64,000 bases of DNA from Zootoca vivipara (lineage: Eukaryota): positions 4,154,001-4,218,000 of the forward strand of contig NC_083292.1 in NCBI RefSeq assembly GCF_963506605.1. Reading direction: 5' to 3'. The stretch's first letter is position 1. Every line of letters starts with the position of its first letter. The translations under genes were made by a program, and so were the position numbers. Below the pieces are notes generated by a model, which had not been told where the DNA came from, made no database searches, and worked only from the letters and a program-made list of their open reading frames with translations. Positions 35,562 through 49,071 of the stretch are shown in pieces.

Positions 35562-38500
35562 GGCAGCCAGAAGGCAGCAGCAGGAGGCAATTGTGCATGG
35601 CAGCAGCAGCAGCAGCGGAGGTGAATCAACCGAGGCCTGTGGTGTGGGGTAGTGGGGCAAACATGGTGCTACTCGTTGCCAGAGAGGCGGTCATAACTTT
35701 ATGAGGCGATAACAGGCTGGTTCCCCCCCCCCTCCATGCAAAACATACAGGCCTTGGGGACGGGGGCACTGGGTTTTTGCAGAGCACTGTGCAAAGGGGA
35801 ACAAGAAAACTGCCTTTTCAAGCAGAGGGGCATCAGGAAGGGGAAGATGAATACTTCGGCAGCTCCTGGGTGCAGCTTTTTCCTGCCCCCCCCCTTTCCC
35901 ACCCAGGTTTGGTGATTGTAAATATGTGCCTCCACAGCTTCTTAGCTATCGTTAAAGAGGCAGCGGAGGGAGGGGGTGCCCCAGTGCCATGTGTGGGCAG
36001 AACTGGAGGAGTCAGTCAGGGGAGCCACAACTGTGGGTTTGTTCTGCTACCTGAAGTGAAGGGAGCTGCATCCTGCCACCACTTTGAAATAAGTTGCTCC
36101 ACTTCTGGAATTTGGAGAGACTCGGGTTGGAGACAAGGAAGAGTTCAAGACAAGCAAAGGATGCTTAGAACACACTTCCATTCTGCTAGGAAGCAAAGTC
36201 ATGTTGGCAATGGCTAATTCAAGGCATCTTTGGTGCGAGAAGCATGGGATCCGATTAGCAGTTGGTTTTATTTGGGTACAATTTCCTATGATTATTTTTA
36301 AGCGAACATCTTAAAAAAAGGAGGGAAAACAAAAACCAGATTTTGGAAACTGGTGGATTGTACTATCTGCTGCTTTCTGCTCCTCGGTGTGTGAGGGAGT
36401 GGACAGGGTGAAAGAAGTTGGGCAGTTATCCAGTTTCTACTTTTGGAAAGTACCAACAGTTAGTTTCAAGCATCTAGGAAACAAATAGCAGAGTGCTATT
36501 TTTGCTCAGCCTAAAAAAAGCGAAGTCCAAATTCTTCCCCACTCTGCCCACTTCTTTTCTGCCTCTTGACCCTCTTCAGAAGGGAGTCCGTCCTTCTTTC
36601 CAACTTTTGCAATGGCTTTCAGCAGAGGATGTAAATTTTGCTTTTCTTTTTAACTATAGTTATGCAACTGTAAAACCTCATTGTTTTTATTTGTTTTGCA
36701 CTGATAATTTTTAGAAAGGAGGCCTATTACTATTTTATGAAGCTACACCCTCCCTATTTATAGCACATGACAGTCAAATGTTGCTAAGCCAGGATGCACA
36801 CATGCACACACACAGGACTTTTCCCCCACCAACAATGTAAGGAGATTTAAAAAGAACAAGTGCAACAAATTGAGAGGTACAAATCAAGGGAATGTGATTT
36901 TGAAAAGGAGAGGAAAGACATACGGTATCTTAAATTTCCCTAACTACTCTCTGTACAGGAGTTGCAGGTTTGATGGTTTGAATTTGCTGCAAAGTTCTGT
37001 GAAGTACATTTGTGAGCTCTGCCCCGAGTTCTAAAGAACATGCTTGGTTTATAACACTTTATAGTAGCCGTTTGAGAATGGGAGTGAATCACAAGGGAAC
37101 ATAGGCCTACAAGGAAGGGTCTGCAAAATTTCCCTAGCCACCATCATGCCACCTCACCCTGCAGATTCAGTTTCCAGCTGTTGCAGAACACGGTTAGCCT
37201 GAGATAATGGACTAGTTCTCCAAGAGTTTGGGTTGCCCTTTCTTGCCTATAGCTTCTGGCATTTTTTATATTTGCACAGGTGTGCTTCTTTGTTCAGTGT
37301 TCCACTTTATACGTAAAACATTTCCCCCCTAGACCAACAGCTCTTTCATCATTTCTTCTTTTCAATACCAAGACTCGGCAGCACTGTGAATTACAGCCTC
37401 TTTCCAAGCCACGAGGCTCAACAACTCACCTGGACATTTAAAAAGCTACTTTGCTACATGGGTTTCAACACCAAATTTAAAATGGTGTGCTCCATCCATA
37501 TGGATGTTACTGTCTAAAATCCATTTATTTATCCATGGAAACTGCTGCTCTTTTCAAATGAAGCTTGCAATTCAACTCCCAACATTTCTTAAATGGTTGA
37601 TGATGAGCCATACTGCAAGATTATAAGCCTCTTGTCTCAGATGAAGTCAACAAGAAAATCTTGGCGAGTTTTTACTACTTTTCTTTTTTTTAAAAAAAAA
37701 AACACACCAAGCACTATTGACTTCCCTTTCTCCTCAGTCTAGCTCTTTGCAAATATACATCAAAAAATGAGCGGGTAGGTATTTGACATGCAGAATCCAT
37801 ATGGATTGCATTATAGCTCCTTGCTAGCTCAGTGTATCATCTGACCATCATCGCTAAAACAGACTAGGCGGCCACATGATCTGGATTTGATTTTCATTGA
37901 TTTGGCCTCTTCCCTGAACAGTCAAGACATGACATGTACATTATTCAAGCTTTGAGATGTTCAGTGGCTCCTTTTTAGTGTGTGTGTGTGTGTGTAGATA
38001 GTGTAAAGGAAAAAAACAATGTAAAATGCCTGGATACGGGTTGAGGAGGAAGTGGGTGGTATATATATATATAAATATATATAAATATATATGCAGTGAA
38101 AGTAATTTATTTTATGTACAAAACCCATGTCTGGAGGGAAATAAACCTTCAGGTTTTGTTAATATTTCAAGGCCTAGCTTCCCCTCCCCCTTAATGTACA
38201 ACAGACTTATTTTATGGACCAAGTTCAAACTGTCAAAGGATGCTAAAAGAAATCTTGTCATTGCCTCTCACCAATCCATATTTGAAACGAATGATCCGTA
38301 AGAGGGACAGTCATTCCTGTGTGCACCCCCCACCCCACCCCTTGGCCAGGCGTCTCCTCTCTTTCAGCCATTCTCCCTGTTTCTTTTCAAGGTGGTTGTT
38401 TTGTATGTGTAAGGGGATGGGGGTGATTCTTCATTCTTCTTTGCCATTGTAATAACTTTGAATTAAGTGAGCGGTGAGCAAATGACATCATGGCTGGAGG

Positions 38501-41500
38501 CTTCTTTCATTTTTTTAAGCCCTCCAGGATGCCACCATTCTGGTCCATGACTTATGTGTGCATACCCCTCATGTGTTGTCCTTGATGTTGAAAGCTGAAC
38601 TTGCTACTCTGGCATTAAACAAACAATAGCAATAGCTTCCTTAGAAAGTACTGTGGCTCCCTCTGGAATGAATCTGGAGAGCAGCGTTCGCCATCCCACT
38701 GGAAATGCAATGACTGATTTGTGGAATCTGAAGCCATCTGTATTTAATGCTGTAGCCTCAGTGATTGTCTTTCCTTGAGATCAGTGCCCCAGATCCAGTT
38801 TATACCTTAAGGGCCAGTAAGAGGCAGGAATGCCCCTGGAAAGGGCAGGTCTGCTATCTCCTGCTCTGGGAACCTCAAGTGTGCAGACTTGCTCTCAAGA
38901 GTCTACTCAGCCGAGTGAATGGATGAGTGGTCAGGGAGAACAGTTTCAGTACATTGCGTATATTAGAGCCACCTGGATGTGCCTAGAACTCGGCCAGTAT
39001 GATGATCAGCCTTTCCCAACCTGAGACCTTCCAGATGTTTTTAGCTGCAAGGCCCAGCCAGCCAAGGAACAGGTAAAACTTGCACTTTTTGTCTTGGGAT
39101 CACATAACTTCTGTTTGTTGTTGTCTTTGAAGTATGTTTTGCAAGTAATTTGGACTCTGAAGTGGTTTCCTCTTTTAAAAGGCGGGGGGATATATTGGGG
39201 TGATATTTGAGGAAAGGAGTGGTCAGGAGATCAGGAACTCCCCCCCTGCAAATATTTAGAGGAGCTTGCACCAGCAACCTGGCGTTTGGGTGGCATTTAG
39301 AATCCCCAAGGGAGGTTGGACAAGTACATGGAATCAAGTGTTCTGTCCACATCTCCCCCATCCTCCCCCCATAAACCAAGGAACTTTGCATAATGCAGCG
39401 TTGTATGGTTTACATCATATATTCACACTGCACAATTTGAGCTGCCTTGGCACAGAACAAGAATTTTGCTGAGTTTGGGTCTATTTTTTAACATAGACTT
39501 AATTTACTCTTTTCAGATGTTCCATAGCAACAGACCTTGTGTTTGGGGGGAGGTTTTGCAGGGTAATTTGGTGCTGAAATGTTTAAACTTGGCTAAAAAT
39601 GTTTAGAGGCATCACGTGGGACTAAACTTTCATTTCTTTTAAGCCAAAAAAGGCAAGCTTCTCATCCATATGGCTGCAGATGGGAGGGGGAAAGCCTAAT
39701 GCTCTGAAAAGCCAAGGTGGGTGTGGAGTTTAATAAAGCTTACCTCTGCACAACCCCCAAGCTTGCCAAAGCATGCTAAATTTTGGAAAGCTCCTAAAAT
39801 GTTTGCAGTATGAGAAAACAAATGAAACTAAAGCACACACATAGGTTCTAGGTGGCATTCCTATGACACAATCTTATGCATAATTACCCAGACGTAATTT
39901 CCATTGCATTCATTGGCCTTGCTCCACATTACTCCCTGGTAAGTGTGTTTAGGATTGCAGCCTTAGATATCAAAACATTACAAAAGGGCACTGACAACAC
40001 CAGCCTGCTGGAATGAAGCAGATCTAGATGGTGGGGAGTCTATCTAAGAACCCCAGAATTCCATTCAAAGAAAAGTAGGATATAAATGTACAAAACAATC
40101 AATGGTTTGATGGAAAAAGAGGCCCGACCTGTTGTATACATTCTTCCCAAACAAGATAGCTTCCCTGTAATTTGCACTGGGGCCGGATTGTTAGCATCTT
40201 TTGACAATGCAACTTTAATTTTGATGAACGTTTTGTATCTTAAAGCTAGCTCAATGGTTGTCTACCAAAAGGCAGGGTGGGGAGCAGAGTTGGTTACGAA
40301 CAAAACCCTCTTCCCCCCAGTTTTATCCCGGACTTTACTGGAGTCATCTCTCTTGTTCAGGTATTTAGCACCATTGCTGCCGTTTTTCCTGTTAGTTCCA
40401 AAAGCATTACGGTTTTGTCTCCCTCTCCTTCATCACTGAGACCCCCACCCCACACTTCTTTCTCCTCCCTGACTGTTATTCTGTATTCAACAATGTTCAT
40501 TCTGTTGAATGAGGGGGGCAGGCTTTTCAAAGATTCGGCTGGAGGGGCAGCACTCCAAGAAGGTTCCCTATGGAAAGGTCACAAGGGCAAATCAGCCCAG
40601 AGTCCAGCTACCTGCGTTTTGTGTCTGCATGATCCTGTCTGTCTCCTTGCTCTTGTATGTGAGGACCACCCTCTTCCTTGTTGTTCCTGCCGCCTCGTTC
40701 TGCCGCCTGGTTGTGCTTTGTATATGGTTATCCCTTGTACGTTAACACCAATTAAAAGAAATGGGAAGGCTCTCTTGCTGTGTCTGCTTCTTTGCAAAGT
40801 CCACCAAAGGCATAAAGCTTCAAAGCGACTTGCTTTCAGAGGCCAAGAAAGTAGCCTTGAAGCATCAGACCAAATCCCAGCATTCTGTCTTTATAACAGC
40901 CAGATTTTGGGGGGGAATGCACAATTGGGACGCCATGGCAATGGGCTTCCCTTCTTGTTTTTTGTCTCCAGATAATAAGGCACAAAGAGCCTCTCTACAG
41001 AGCAATGCCATTAAGCCCAGGGGCAAGGAACCTTTTTCGGCCTGGGAGCCACATTCTCTTCTGAGCGACCTTCCAAGGGCCACATGCAAAAGTGGGTGGA
41101 GCCATGTAAATTTTACCTTTATGCATTTGTTTCTACATACCCATAACACCCCTATCTCTCCTCCAAACAGGCAAGAGAGGTATTAGGAAAATCAGGGGTC
41201 ACATCCACACTCAGTTATGAAGCTCACTGGGTGACTGTAGGCCAGTCACTGCCTCTCAGCCTAACCTACCTCACACTCACAGGGCTGTCGTGGAGTTCAG
41301 ATGAAGAGCTGGAGGACCATGTACACCACCTTGAGTTCCTTGGAGAAAGTGGGATATAAATATGATAGCTACATAAATATTCAGGGGGCAAAGCAGGGCC
41401 ATTGAATGGCCTGAAGACGCAGTGTTTGGCCCGGCTCAATTTCTGAGGGCCAGTTGATGAGACCTGGACTCACATGTGGCCTCCAGACCTAAAGTTCATC

Positions 41501-43730
41501 ATCATTCCTGCACTAAGCTATTATGGCTAAGAGTTATAGTAATATTTTGGTGCCCTGCATGATATTAATGCAACAACCACCTACCTGTATTTTTCGCTCC
41601 ATAGGCTGCATCTGACCATAGGACGCACCTAGTTTTTAAAGTAGGAAAACAAGAAAAAATTTTTTTTTGCTTTCTTGAATTGTCCTAGGCATAGCAGCCA
41701 ACTCCTAGAGGCCTAGGTGCCTCCCCCCCCCCCATTAAATATTTGAGGAAGCTTCTTTTGCAAAGGGGGAAAGCTCAATTTTTTGAGGATCAGCTCAAAG
41801 TTGTGCAGCTTTTTTTGCAAATGGGAAAAGCCCTGTTTTTTGGGGGGGGGTCAGCTCACAGTTGTGCATCTTTTTTGCAAAGGGGGAAAGCTCCATTTTT
41901 GAGGATCAGCTCAAAGTTGTTGAGCTTACCTTGCAAAGGGGAAAAATCCTGTTTTTATGGGGTTCAACTCACAGTTCTGCGGCTTTTCTAGGAAAGGGAC
42001 CCATTTCTAGAGTTTCCAGACAGATAATCTAATCAGCCAGTCACATGTCACTGGGGAAACCAGCAGACTCCCTCTGCAGACAATTGAGGCCGGGGCGGGA
42101 AGGGAGCTAGCTCCCTTATCTCCCTCCCCGATCTCTTGCAATCAGCTGCTGAGCGGGTCCTTTCAACACTCTCCCTCTTGTTAGCCAAACAAACACGATC
42201 TGCCTTTCGCCCCTGGCCAATTCGGCTCCAGGGATAACGCATTCGCTCCATAAGACGCACAGACATTTCCTCTTACTTTTTAGAGGAAAAAGGTGCGTTT
42301 TATGGAGCGAAAAATACGGTAGTATGCAAAAGAATGAGAGAGCTTGAAATGCATTTAAATTAGAGCTGCTTGTCAGTAGGAATCAGTCTATTTCTGCCCA
42401 GTGTCAGGTTAGCAGATGTTCATTAATAAGTCTGTTCTGTCTTGTTTCCATAAGCAAAAACACAATTGTGCTGCACATTTATCCTAAAATGAGCATTTTG
42501 TATTGCACTGCATATTTTAACCTAAAATAAAAATTGTATATGCTTTTTGAGCACAGAGCAGTATTGAAAAAAATGGACAAGTGCAAAAACAATCCTAACT
42601 GCAATCCAATCTGTTTATCAGTTTGCGAAGTATGAATTGGTCCAGTCCTCTGGTGTCTCCACTTGTCAGGGAGGGGAAACAGCATCTCAGGTTCAAATCC
42701 CCCTTTCAGCCAGGAGGTTCAGATGCTGGGTTGGGCGAGTCCCAACTTCTCAGCACTACCTATTTTACGGAGCTGTCATGCAGTATGTGCAATATGGATG
42801 CATTTATACCCCACTCTGAATCACTGAAGCAAAGCAGGAAAGTTTTACTCAGTCTTATGTGCATGACTTTGGTTACATGTGACTGAGTCGGCAGTTCTTC
42901 TTGGTACAAACCTGTTCCCAGAACAGCACAAAATGATGCCCATCCTTACACTGAACAAAATCTGTGTCCCTTACTATAATAAACAGGTGATACCCTAAGA
43001 CAGACAAGATGGGGAAGGCTGTTATAATGAACAGGCCTGGTAATACCTGCATCAGCAAGCCTGTGTAAGTTGATGACATGACATTTACTACCTGGAGCAA
43101 CCTAGACGCTACCGGTTAAATAGGAGTGCTGTGATTTTGCAAAACAAAGACCACACCCTTAAAGGGCACAATCCAGGTAAAGTGAAGCATTTTTTTTTAA
43201 TGAGTGTTAGTTTCGATGAAAAAGAGTTAAAGCAACAATTCATGCACTTGGCTCTTCTTTGGAGGAATAAGGGCAAAGTGTGAATTATTGTTCAGCACTG
43301 CGTAAATAATTAACAGGATATAATTAAAATGAATTTCACACAAACATGCCTGACGTTTGTTTGATTACCAAAAGTTGGTGAGTAAACAACCACGGCCAGC
43401 TCCTACACGGTGTTGCCTCAGGAGAGCTGCTTAACAATTCCCTTACCATACCTTTAAGGAAAGGGGTGGGTGTGGGGTCTAGCATCCCAGCAACAACACT
43501 GTTGCTCTAAGGGTCTCTGGCAGACTCAGCATGCTTCCCCCCCCCCAACATTTTGGCATTGTAGCCTTTCTCATCCCCCCCCCCCAACTTAATCAACTGC
43601 TCGTGCCAGTAACATGCACAGTTTAAACCTCTGCAACAATCCTACCACAGTGTTGCCCTGAGAACAGAGATTTAAACCTCTCCACCTAACCCGGTGCTTC
43701 AATAAAGAAATAACCATCATAGTGATGGAG
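35562..43730 (+). other. PITPNM2: PITPNM2 3' UTR (putative; 3' end uncertain)
   Basis: TE-poor, U-rich sequence after the stop. AATAAA at 38140, 39732, 42526, 43701 (followed by a GU-rich tract) and 44727. Confidence 0.5.
41584..42319. mobile_element. TcMar (Tc2/Kanga-like) non-autonomous transposon with internal degenerate repeats
   Basis: TA-flanked TIR CC(T)GTATTTTTCGCTCCATA / TATGGAGCGAAAAATACGG; internal ~55-bp degenerate repeats at 41740-41990. Confidence 0.78.
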
Positions 43731-45095
43731 ATGTTTTGTGTACCTGTGTGATTGTGTATGTGTGTGTGTGTGGTGTGTCACAGGCATGCAACCCTCAGAG
43801 GATTGGCAATGTTTGGCACTCGGGCCAAAAACATTTGGCTACTCCTGGCATACAGAGATACACCAAATATGTAATCTGCCCAAATGGAGCCTGGAAACAA
43901 AGCAAAGCAGCATGGACAGAGTCGCTCCTGAAAGGATGACATGCTTGCCAATTGCATAGCTGTTGGCACAAGGACGCACGAGGGCCCTCTAGCAAGGAAG
44001 CAAATTGTGTGGTGCCCTTAAAGGGTCAAGGCTTTGAATTTCCCGTGAACACAGCAGGTGTCAGCACTTTTCAGAATCCAGAGCTTAATGCAACATATCT
44101 AGCTAACGCTGCAGCAGAAAAGTGTTACCATGTAGACCTGTTAAGGAAGCCTCAATGCATTCCTGTTCCTGTATTAGGTAGGTGTAAGTGTGAAGCTGGA
44201 AACCAGAACAGCCTGATCTCACCACTATGGTGCCCTTCTGCCCTTAGGCAGAGGCTGAGTTGTCGGGCTAGAGCACAAGAAAAGGTGAGACAGCAGCAGA
44301 ACTTGGCTGACCAGCCACCTCGCCAAGCCCCACGCCTGAGCAGATGCTGCTCAGCTAGAGATGCTAGAGGGGCACAGCAAGAGTGGACCTGTGTGAGAAC
44401 TGCATGCCCTTACCCTGCTCTAACTCTTCCCAGCAGAACCCAAGAGCATGAAACACCCTCGGCCTGGAGCAGGAGGAGGTAGGTTGCAGCTGCTGGTGCT
44501 CCCCCTACTTCAGCAATAGATGTAGAGCTGTACTCTAGCTGCTTCCTCGCCCCTTGATTTTGAGGTTTCAGAGCCTAGACACCATGAAGCCAGCTAGGAA
44601 GTAGCTGGGCTGAGCTTTAGAAAAAAAGTCCCCTCCCACACAGGATAGAGGCAAGAAGCAGGATCAAAACCAGAAGCCTCCAGCCCACTTTGCACTTGGT
44701 CCATCTGCCTTGGAGGCAGGCAGAGCAATAAAAGCATTGCTGTCAGACTTCCATCGCTTCCTTTCCAGTGACCTGGGTCTTCTGTTTTTGCTCACTTCCC
44801 TTTTGCTTTGGGATAATTATTTTCACGGTTTTTCACTGCTAAGGGAGGTGCCTTGATGAGGAAACATGCTGGAGGCAGCAATCGGAGAGCCTCACAGGGG
44901 AGAACTGCAAAACAGAAGGATTTGTACTAGGAGCTGATGAATCTGGGCATCTTCCTGCCCCAGCAGTTCTCAGTCCTGATGGCACTGGCATGCATATTCC
45001 ATGGGGATGGGTGTTGGGCGGGGGGAGTGCGGTGCCTGGTTTTGGCAAAGCTGCTGCAGCTGGGAATAAAACCATCTCTGAAGACCATCCTGTTA

Positions 45096-45152
45096 TCACT
45101 GCAGCATCCCCATCCTCGCCTGGAAGGAAAGGCCATCTCCCCGCGTGGCGTG
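45096..45152 (-). CDS. ARL6IP4: ARL6IP4 last coding exon
   Basis: ttcacag|CACGCC...; HATRGDGLSFQARMGMLQ* (recalled human QATRGDCLAFQMRAGLLP). Confidence 0.93.
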   Translation of the reverse strand, partial: HATRGDGLSFQARMGMLQ

Positions 45153-45285
45153 CTGTGAAAGAAGGTAGATGCAGTAAAGGTCTGTAAATCGTATCAGTCT
45201 TTGGTGCACTTTCCAAGTTCTACTCTGAAGTTCTATTCTTTGAAGGGGAACAGCATCAATGCCCCCACACTCTGCAGGCTTCTTA

Positions 45286-45345
45286 GGAAGGAAGGAAGGA
45301 AGGAAGGAAGGAAGGAAGGAAGGAAGGAAGGAAGGAAGGAAGGAA
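45286..45345. repeat. (GGAA)n microsatellite in the last ARL6IP4 intron
   Basis: About 15 GGAA units. Confidence 0.97.
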
Positions 45346-45771
45346 GTTCTCATCTAGGATATGAAAAAGCCTTGATCTACAAACTGATGGAAACAAAGGC
45401 AAAGAGGACCTACATGGGAAAGTCTCAGCAACCCAAAAGTCAGCTTATTCTCTCTCTTAGCAATAAAACTGCTAGCATATTTCCAAAGCTAAGCAGGGTC
45501 TGGTATGGTTTCAAATTGGATGGAGGACTACGTGTCGAGATTCTTGCATTGCAGGGGGTTGGACTAGATAACCCTTGGGATCCCTTCCAACTCTACTGTT
45601 CTATGATTCTATGACACTGAAGTCAGTGGAACCCTTTAGGGGAGTTAATAAGTCACAGAACAGCTATAACCAAAACCCAGCCTACAAAGCCCAGCCTTGT
45701 GCTCTAAATATTCAAGTCTACAGTTGCCAGATTACATCCATTAGATTCTGCAATAATAAATGGCCACATAC

Positions 45772-45841
45772 CTTGTTAATTTCTTTATGCCTCTCCTTAG
45801 TAACGATCTCCTCAAGGACCTCGCCATCACCTTTAATAAGC
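45772..45841 (-). CDS. ARL6IP4: ARL6IP4 coding exon
   Basis: ttccag|G...AAG|gtatgt; [23 protein letters not shown]. Confidence 0.96.
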
Positions 45842-46457
45842 CTGGAATTGAAACTCAGATTGTAGTCCTGGCCAACTTGCACGAACAGTAGATGTCTACA
45901 TGCCCTTCATATCAACAGAGGGGGCCATAGCTCCCTGCTTTGCATGCAGAAGGTCCCTGATTCAACCCCCAACTGATTCAACCCCAGGAACACTGGAGAG
46001 CCTCTGCCAGTCAGTGTAGATAATACTGGGCCAAGAGGACCAGTGGTCTGGCCAGTATGAAGCTGCCTCCCGTAGTTAAGAATGTGAGAATGGAGGGATT
46101 GCCTTGCTGCAATGGGGCCAGCCACAAAGAATGCCAACTCAGCTGCAGCAGAAAGAGCAAATTCCAAGCTAGAGATTATGAGGGGTAGGGTTAAAAGTAG
46201 GGCTGTATTCAACAAAGTACTACTCGGAGAAGAACCATAATTGTCATTCATTTCAAATGGTCTTCTCTGAGTATGACTAATGCTGTATACAATCCACAGC
46301 TACGGTACCAGTGTCATGATGCACTCCTCCCTGTTTACGGCACAGACACACTTGGACCAAACCCCAAAGGGATCCTGTGAATGGTGCAGGAAAGGGGACA
46401 CAACATAACTGGAAGTCTGGAGCACCTTCCCTACATTAGGGGCTTTTTAATTTAGGA

Positions 46458-46708
46458 CAGGGGTTCCCAAACTAAGGCCTGGGGGCCGGATGCGGCCCAA
46501 TCGCCTTCTAAATCTGGCCTGCGGATGGCCCAGGAATCAGCATGTTTTAACATGAGTAGAATGTGTCATTTTATTTAAAATGCATCTCTGGGTTATTTGT
46601 GGGGCATAGGAATTCGTTCAATTTTTTTTTCCAAAATATAGTCCGGCCCCCCACAAGTTCTGAGGGACAGTAGACCGGCCCCCTGCTGAAAAAGTTTGCT
46701 GACCCCTG
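46458..46708. mobile_element. hAT-Charlie-like MITE
   Basis: CAGGGGTTCCCAAACT...AGTTTGCTGACCCCTG; TSD (a/g)TTTAGGA. Confidence 0.82.
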
Positions 46709-47073
46709 GTTTAGGAAGAAAAGGTTCATAAGCTGAAGAACATCGCTTCTTCACAGTCCAGTTCCCCATTTGTAAAATGGGACCAACAGTCACTGAGCAC
46801 ATGGTGATGTTGCAAGGGGAAAATAAAATAAAGTGTATAAGCTCTGTCTGGGGTGCTTTTAAAATGATACTATTAATCGGGGTCAGCATTTGCAAAAATA
46901 AACTGCCAGTGAAGGAACTTAAGAACAGAAAATACAAAGAGCTCTGTTAAGAAACTGAACTATGTGGTTGTTTCAGAGGAAAATGCAGATACAGGAGAGA
47001 AAACCCAGAGGGTCTACATAAATTGAACTTAGTGATGATCTTCTAGTGACATATCCCCCCCACACACACACAC

Positions 47074-47191
47074 CTTGTTCTTCCTGTTTCAGGGTCAACG
47101 ACTCTCCTTATCACACTCTGCCTGGCGTCCCATTCCTCTTTTGTCATAGGCTTCATTGCTTGGATGCGGGATTTCTGCTCGTCCGTCAGGG
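47074..47191 (-). CDS. ARL6IP4: ARL6IP4 coding exon
   Basis: tctcag|CC...AG|gtgtgt; [39 protein letters not shown]. Confidence 0.96.
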
Positions 47192-47521
47192 CTGAGAGGC
47201 AGAAAACAGTGGTCTCACCAATAGCCAGAATGCTCTGGTATTACCACTGGTAGGGAGAGCATTTTTGTTGCTCAATCCCACGGAAAAAAAGGCCCCTCCA
47301 GTGTGTTCAAAAATCACTGCACTTTCTATATCCTACCAGTTAAAAATACAAATAGCTTAGTAATGATTTTTTAAAAAAATCCATCTACTAATAAACAAAC
47401 TTACAGAAAATTGATCTAATTAAGGTCACTATTGCAAAACTGCAACAGTCATTTTGCCGCTCATTAACCAACAGTGTTGTCACTGTTTTTCAATCCGACC
47501 TTGCCTGGGGGAGGATCTTAC

Positions 47522-47878
47522 CTGGCCCGGAGTCTCCCAGCGTCTCTTTCTGCCACTGGTCCAGGGAAGGTCCAGGGACTACCTCTGCCTTTGTTTCTCC
47601 CTCTTTCTCCCTCCCCTTTGATTTATTCTTTGCTTTCTTCTTGGTTTTCCTCTTCCTCTTCCTCTTTTGCTTTTTATCTTTCTCTTTGCTTAGCTTCTTC
47701 TTGCTCTGCTTCCTCCTTTTGCGGTTGGATTCCTCGTTGCCTGACACATCTGGAGAGGAATCAGAAGAGGAGGACGATCCAGAAGACAAGGAGCTGGTCT
47801 CGGAGGAAGAGGAGCTGCTGCTGCTGCTGCCTCTTCTCCTTTTCTTCTTCTTCTCCTTCTCTTTCTTCTTCTTTTTCA
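47522..47878 (-). CDS. ARL6IP4: ARL6IP4 Lys/Ser-rich coding exon
   Basis: ttccag|TG...CCAG|gtaaga; VKKKKKEKEKKKKRRRGSSSSSSSSS...VVPGPSLDQWQKETLGDSGP. Confidence 0.92.
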
Positions 47879-48866
47879 CTGGAACCAAGCATCAATCAGA
47901 AGTCACCAGGGTATCTATCATGTTGCAATACATCACCAGGACTGTTACCCAAAGGGAGAAAAAAAACTGAGGGAATTCTCTTTTCCAGCCCTGGACAGAA
48001 CCCAGAACTGGAACTTGTTGAGTGGCTTAACTGCTATGGCTTCACCTCCAAGAATAAGCTAGGTATTGTAGCTGGGGTTGGGGAGACAACTAGTTTAGTG
48101 TCTCCACGGGATTCTTTGCCTGGGGTCGGGGCAGCCAGGACATATTTCTAACCCATTAATATGGTTTGAATCTGCTGCATAGATGTGGCTCTGAAGTTAG
48201 TGCCCAGCAAATGATAGTCAGAGGCGCTGATTTTAAGACACACCTGGCAGCTGGCAGTGTGCAGCCATCACTCGCTTGAGGCACAAAGCTTAAGAAGGCA
48301 ATGTTTGAAACCCTGATGGTTCTGGTGGGAAGTTCTGTGAAAGCATAATTAAAAAAAATTAATAGCCACAGGAGAAATACTCTGCTCTGCAGGCTGCATT
48401 CTACACAAATGTCTTCATCCTAAGCAAACAAGGGGACCATGGTGGAGGGTGAGGGGAGCAGCCTCAATGACCAGAAAGTGACAATAGCTCCCCCAGGAAA
48501 CTGCACTACTGGCCAACACTGGCAAATGCTACCCCATCGAGAGATCAGAGTTCTGCATTTCTTAGGCAGGCATGGCCAACATGCGCTCAATCACTGGTAG
48601 ATCATTGGCTCTCCCCAAAGAAGCTGAACAACTGTGGCTCCCCTAAACAAAAGCTCAACATTTTACCTCTTCCCTGAAAAAACTCAACAACTTTGACCCA
48701 AACGCCCCCCAAAATGGGCCTTCCTCCTTCCTAAAAAAGCTCAGCAACTTTGACCTGAACCCCCCAGTTTTTAATTCTGTGAGTAGATCGCAGTCTCTTG
48801 GGAGTTAGCCAGTTAGTCTTAGGCCAGTGCTTCAGAAGCAGCTGACACCCTCTCCCACATCCTTAC

Positions 48867-49071
48867 CTTCTTTGCTGGAGGCTGAGCCCATCTGGACCCG
48901 GGGGGGCTCAGATCCTCTTTTGCTGGCAGGAGACAAACTCCTTATCCTCCCCTGGGATTCTTTGCTGCTTTTCCTCCTTTTCTTCTCCTTCTCCTCCACA
49001 TCTCGCCTGCTCTGGGAGTCGCTTCGGCTCCTGCTCCGAAACCTTTTCCTTGCCTGGCTGTGAGCCATCAT
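48867..49071 (-). CDS. ARL6IP4: ARL6IP4 first coding exon (exon begins at 49081); SR-like splicing-related protein, 268 aa in total
   Basis: gaacag|ACCTGAGAGT ATG ATG; MMAHSQARKRFRSRSRSDSQS...SSKE G|gtaagg. The five exons total 807 nt in one frame. Confidence 0.92.

Noticed and set aside
35559-35624. Stop-codon readthrough into a short poly-Gln extension of PITPNM2
   Set aside because: The TAG-G context is not a leaky readthrough motif, and the C-terminus matches the recalled orthologue end.
40277-40975. 232-aa ORF in the PITPNM2 3' region
   Set aside because: Non-ATG start, no motif, no splice support; most likely a chance ORF in the UTR.
47474-48151. Plus-strand ORFs of 225 and 109 aa
   Set aside because: Antisense shadow of the low-complexity Lys/Ser exon of ARL6IP4.
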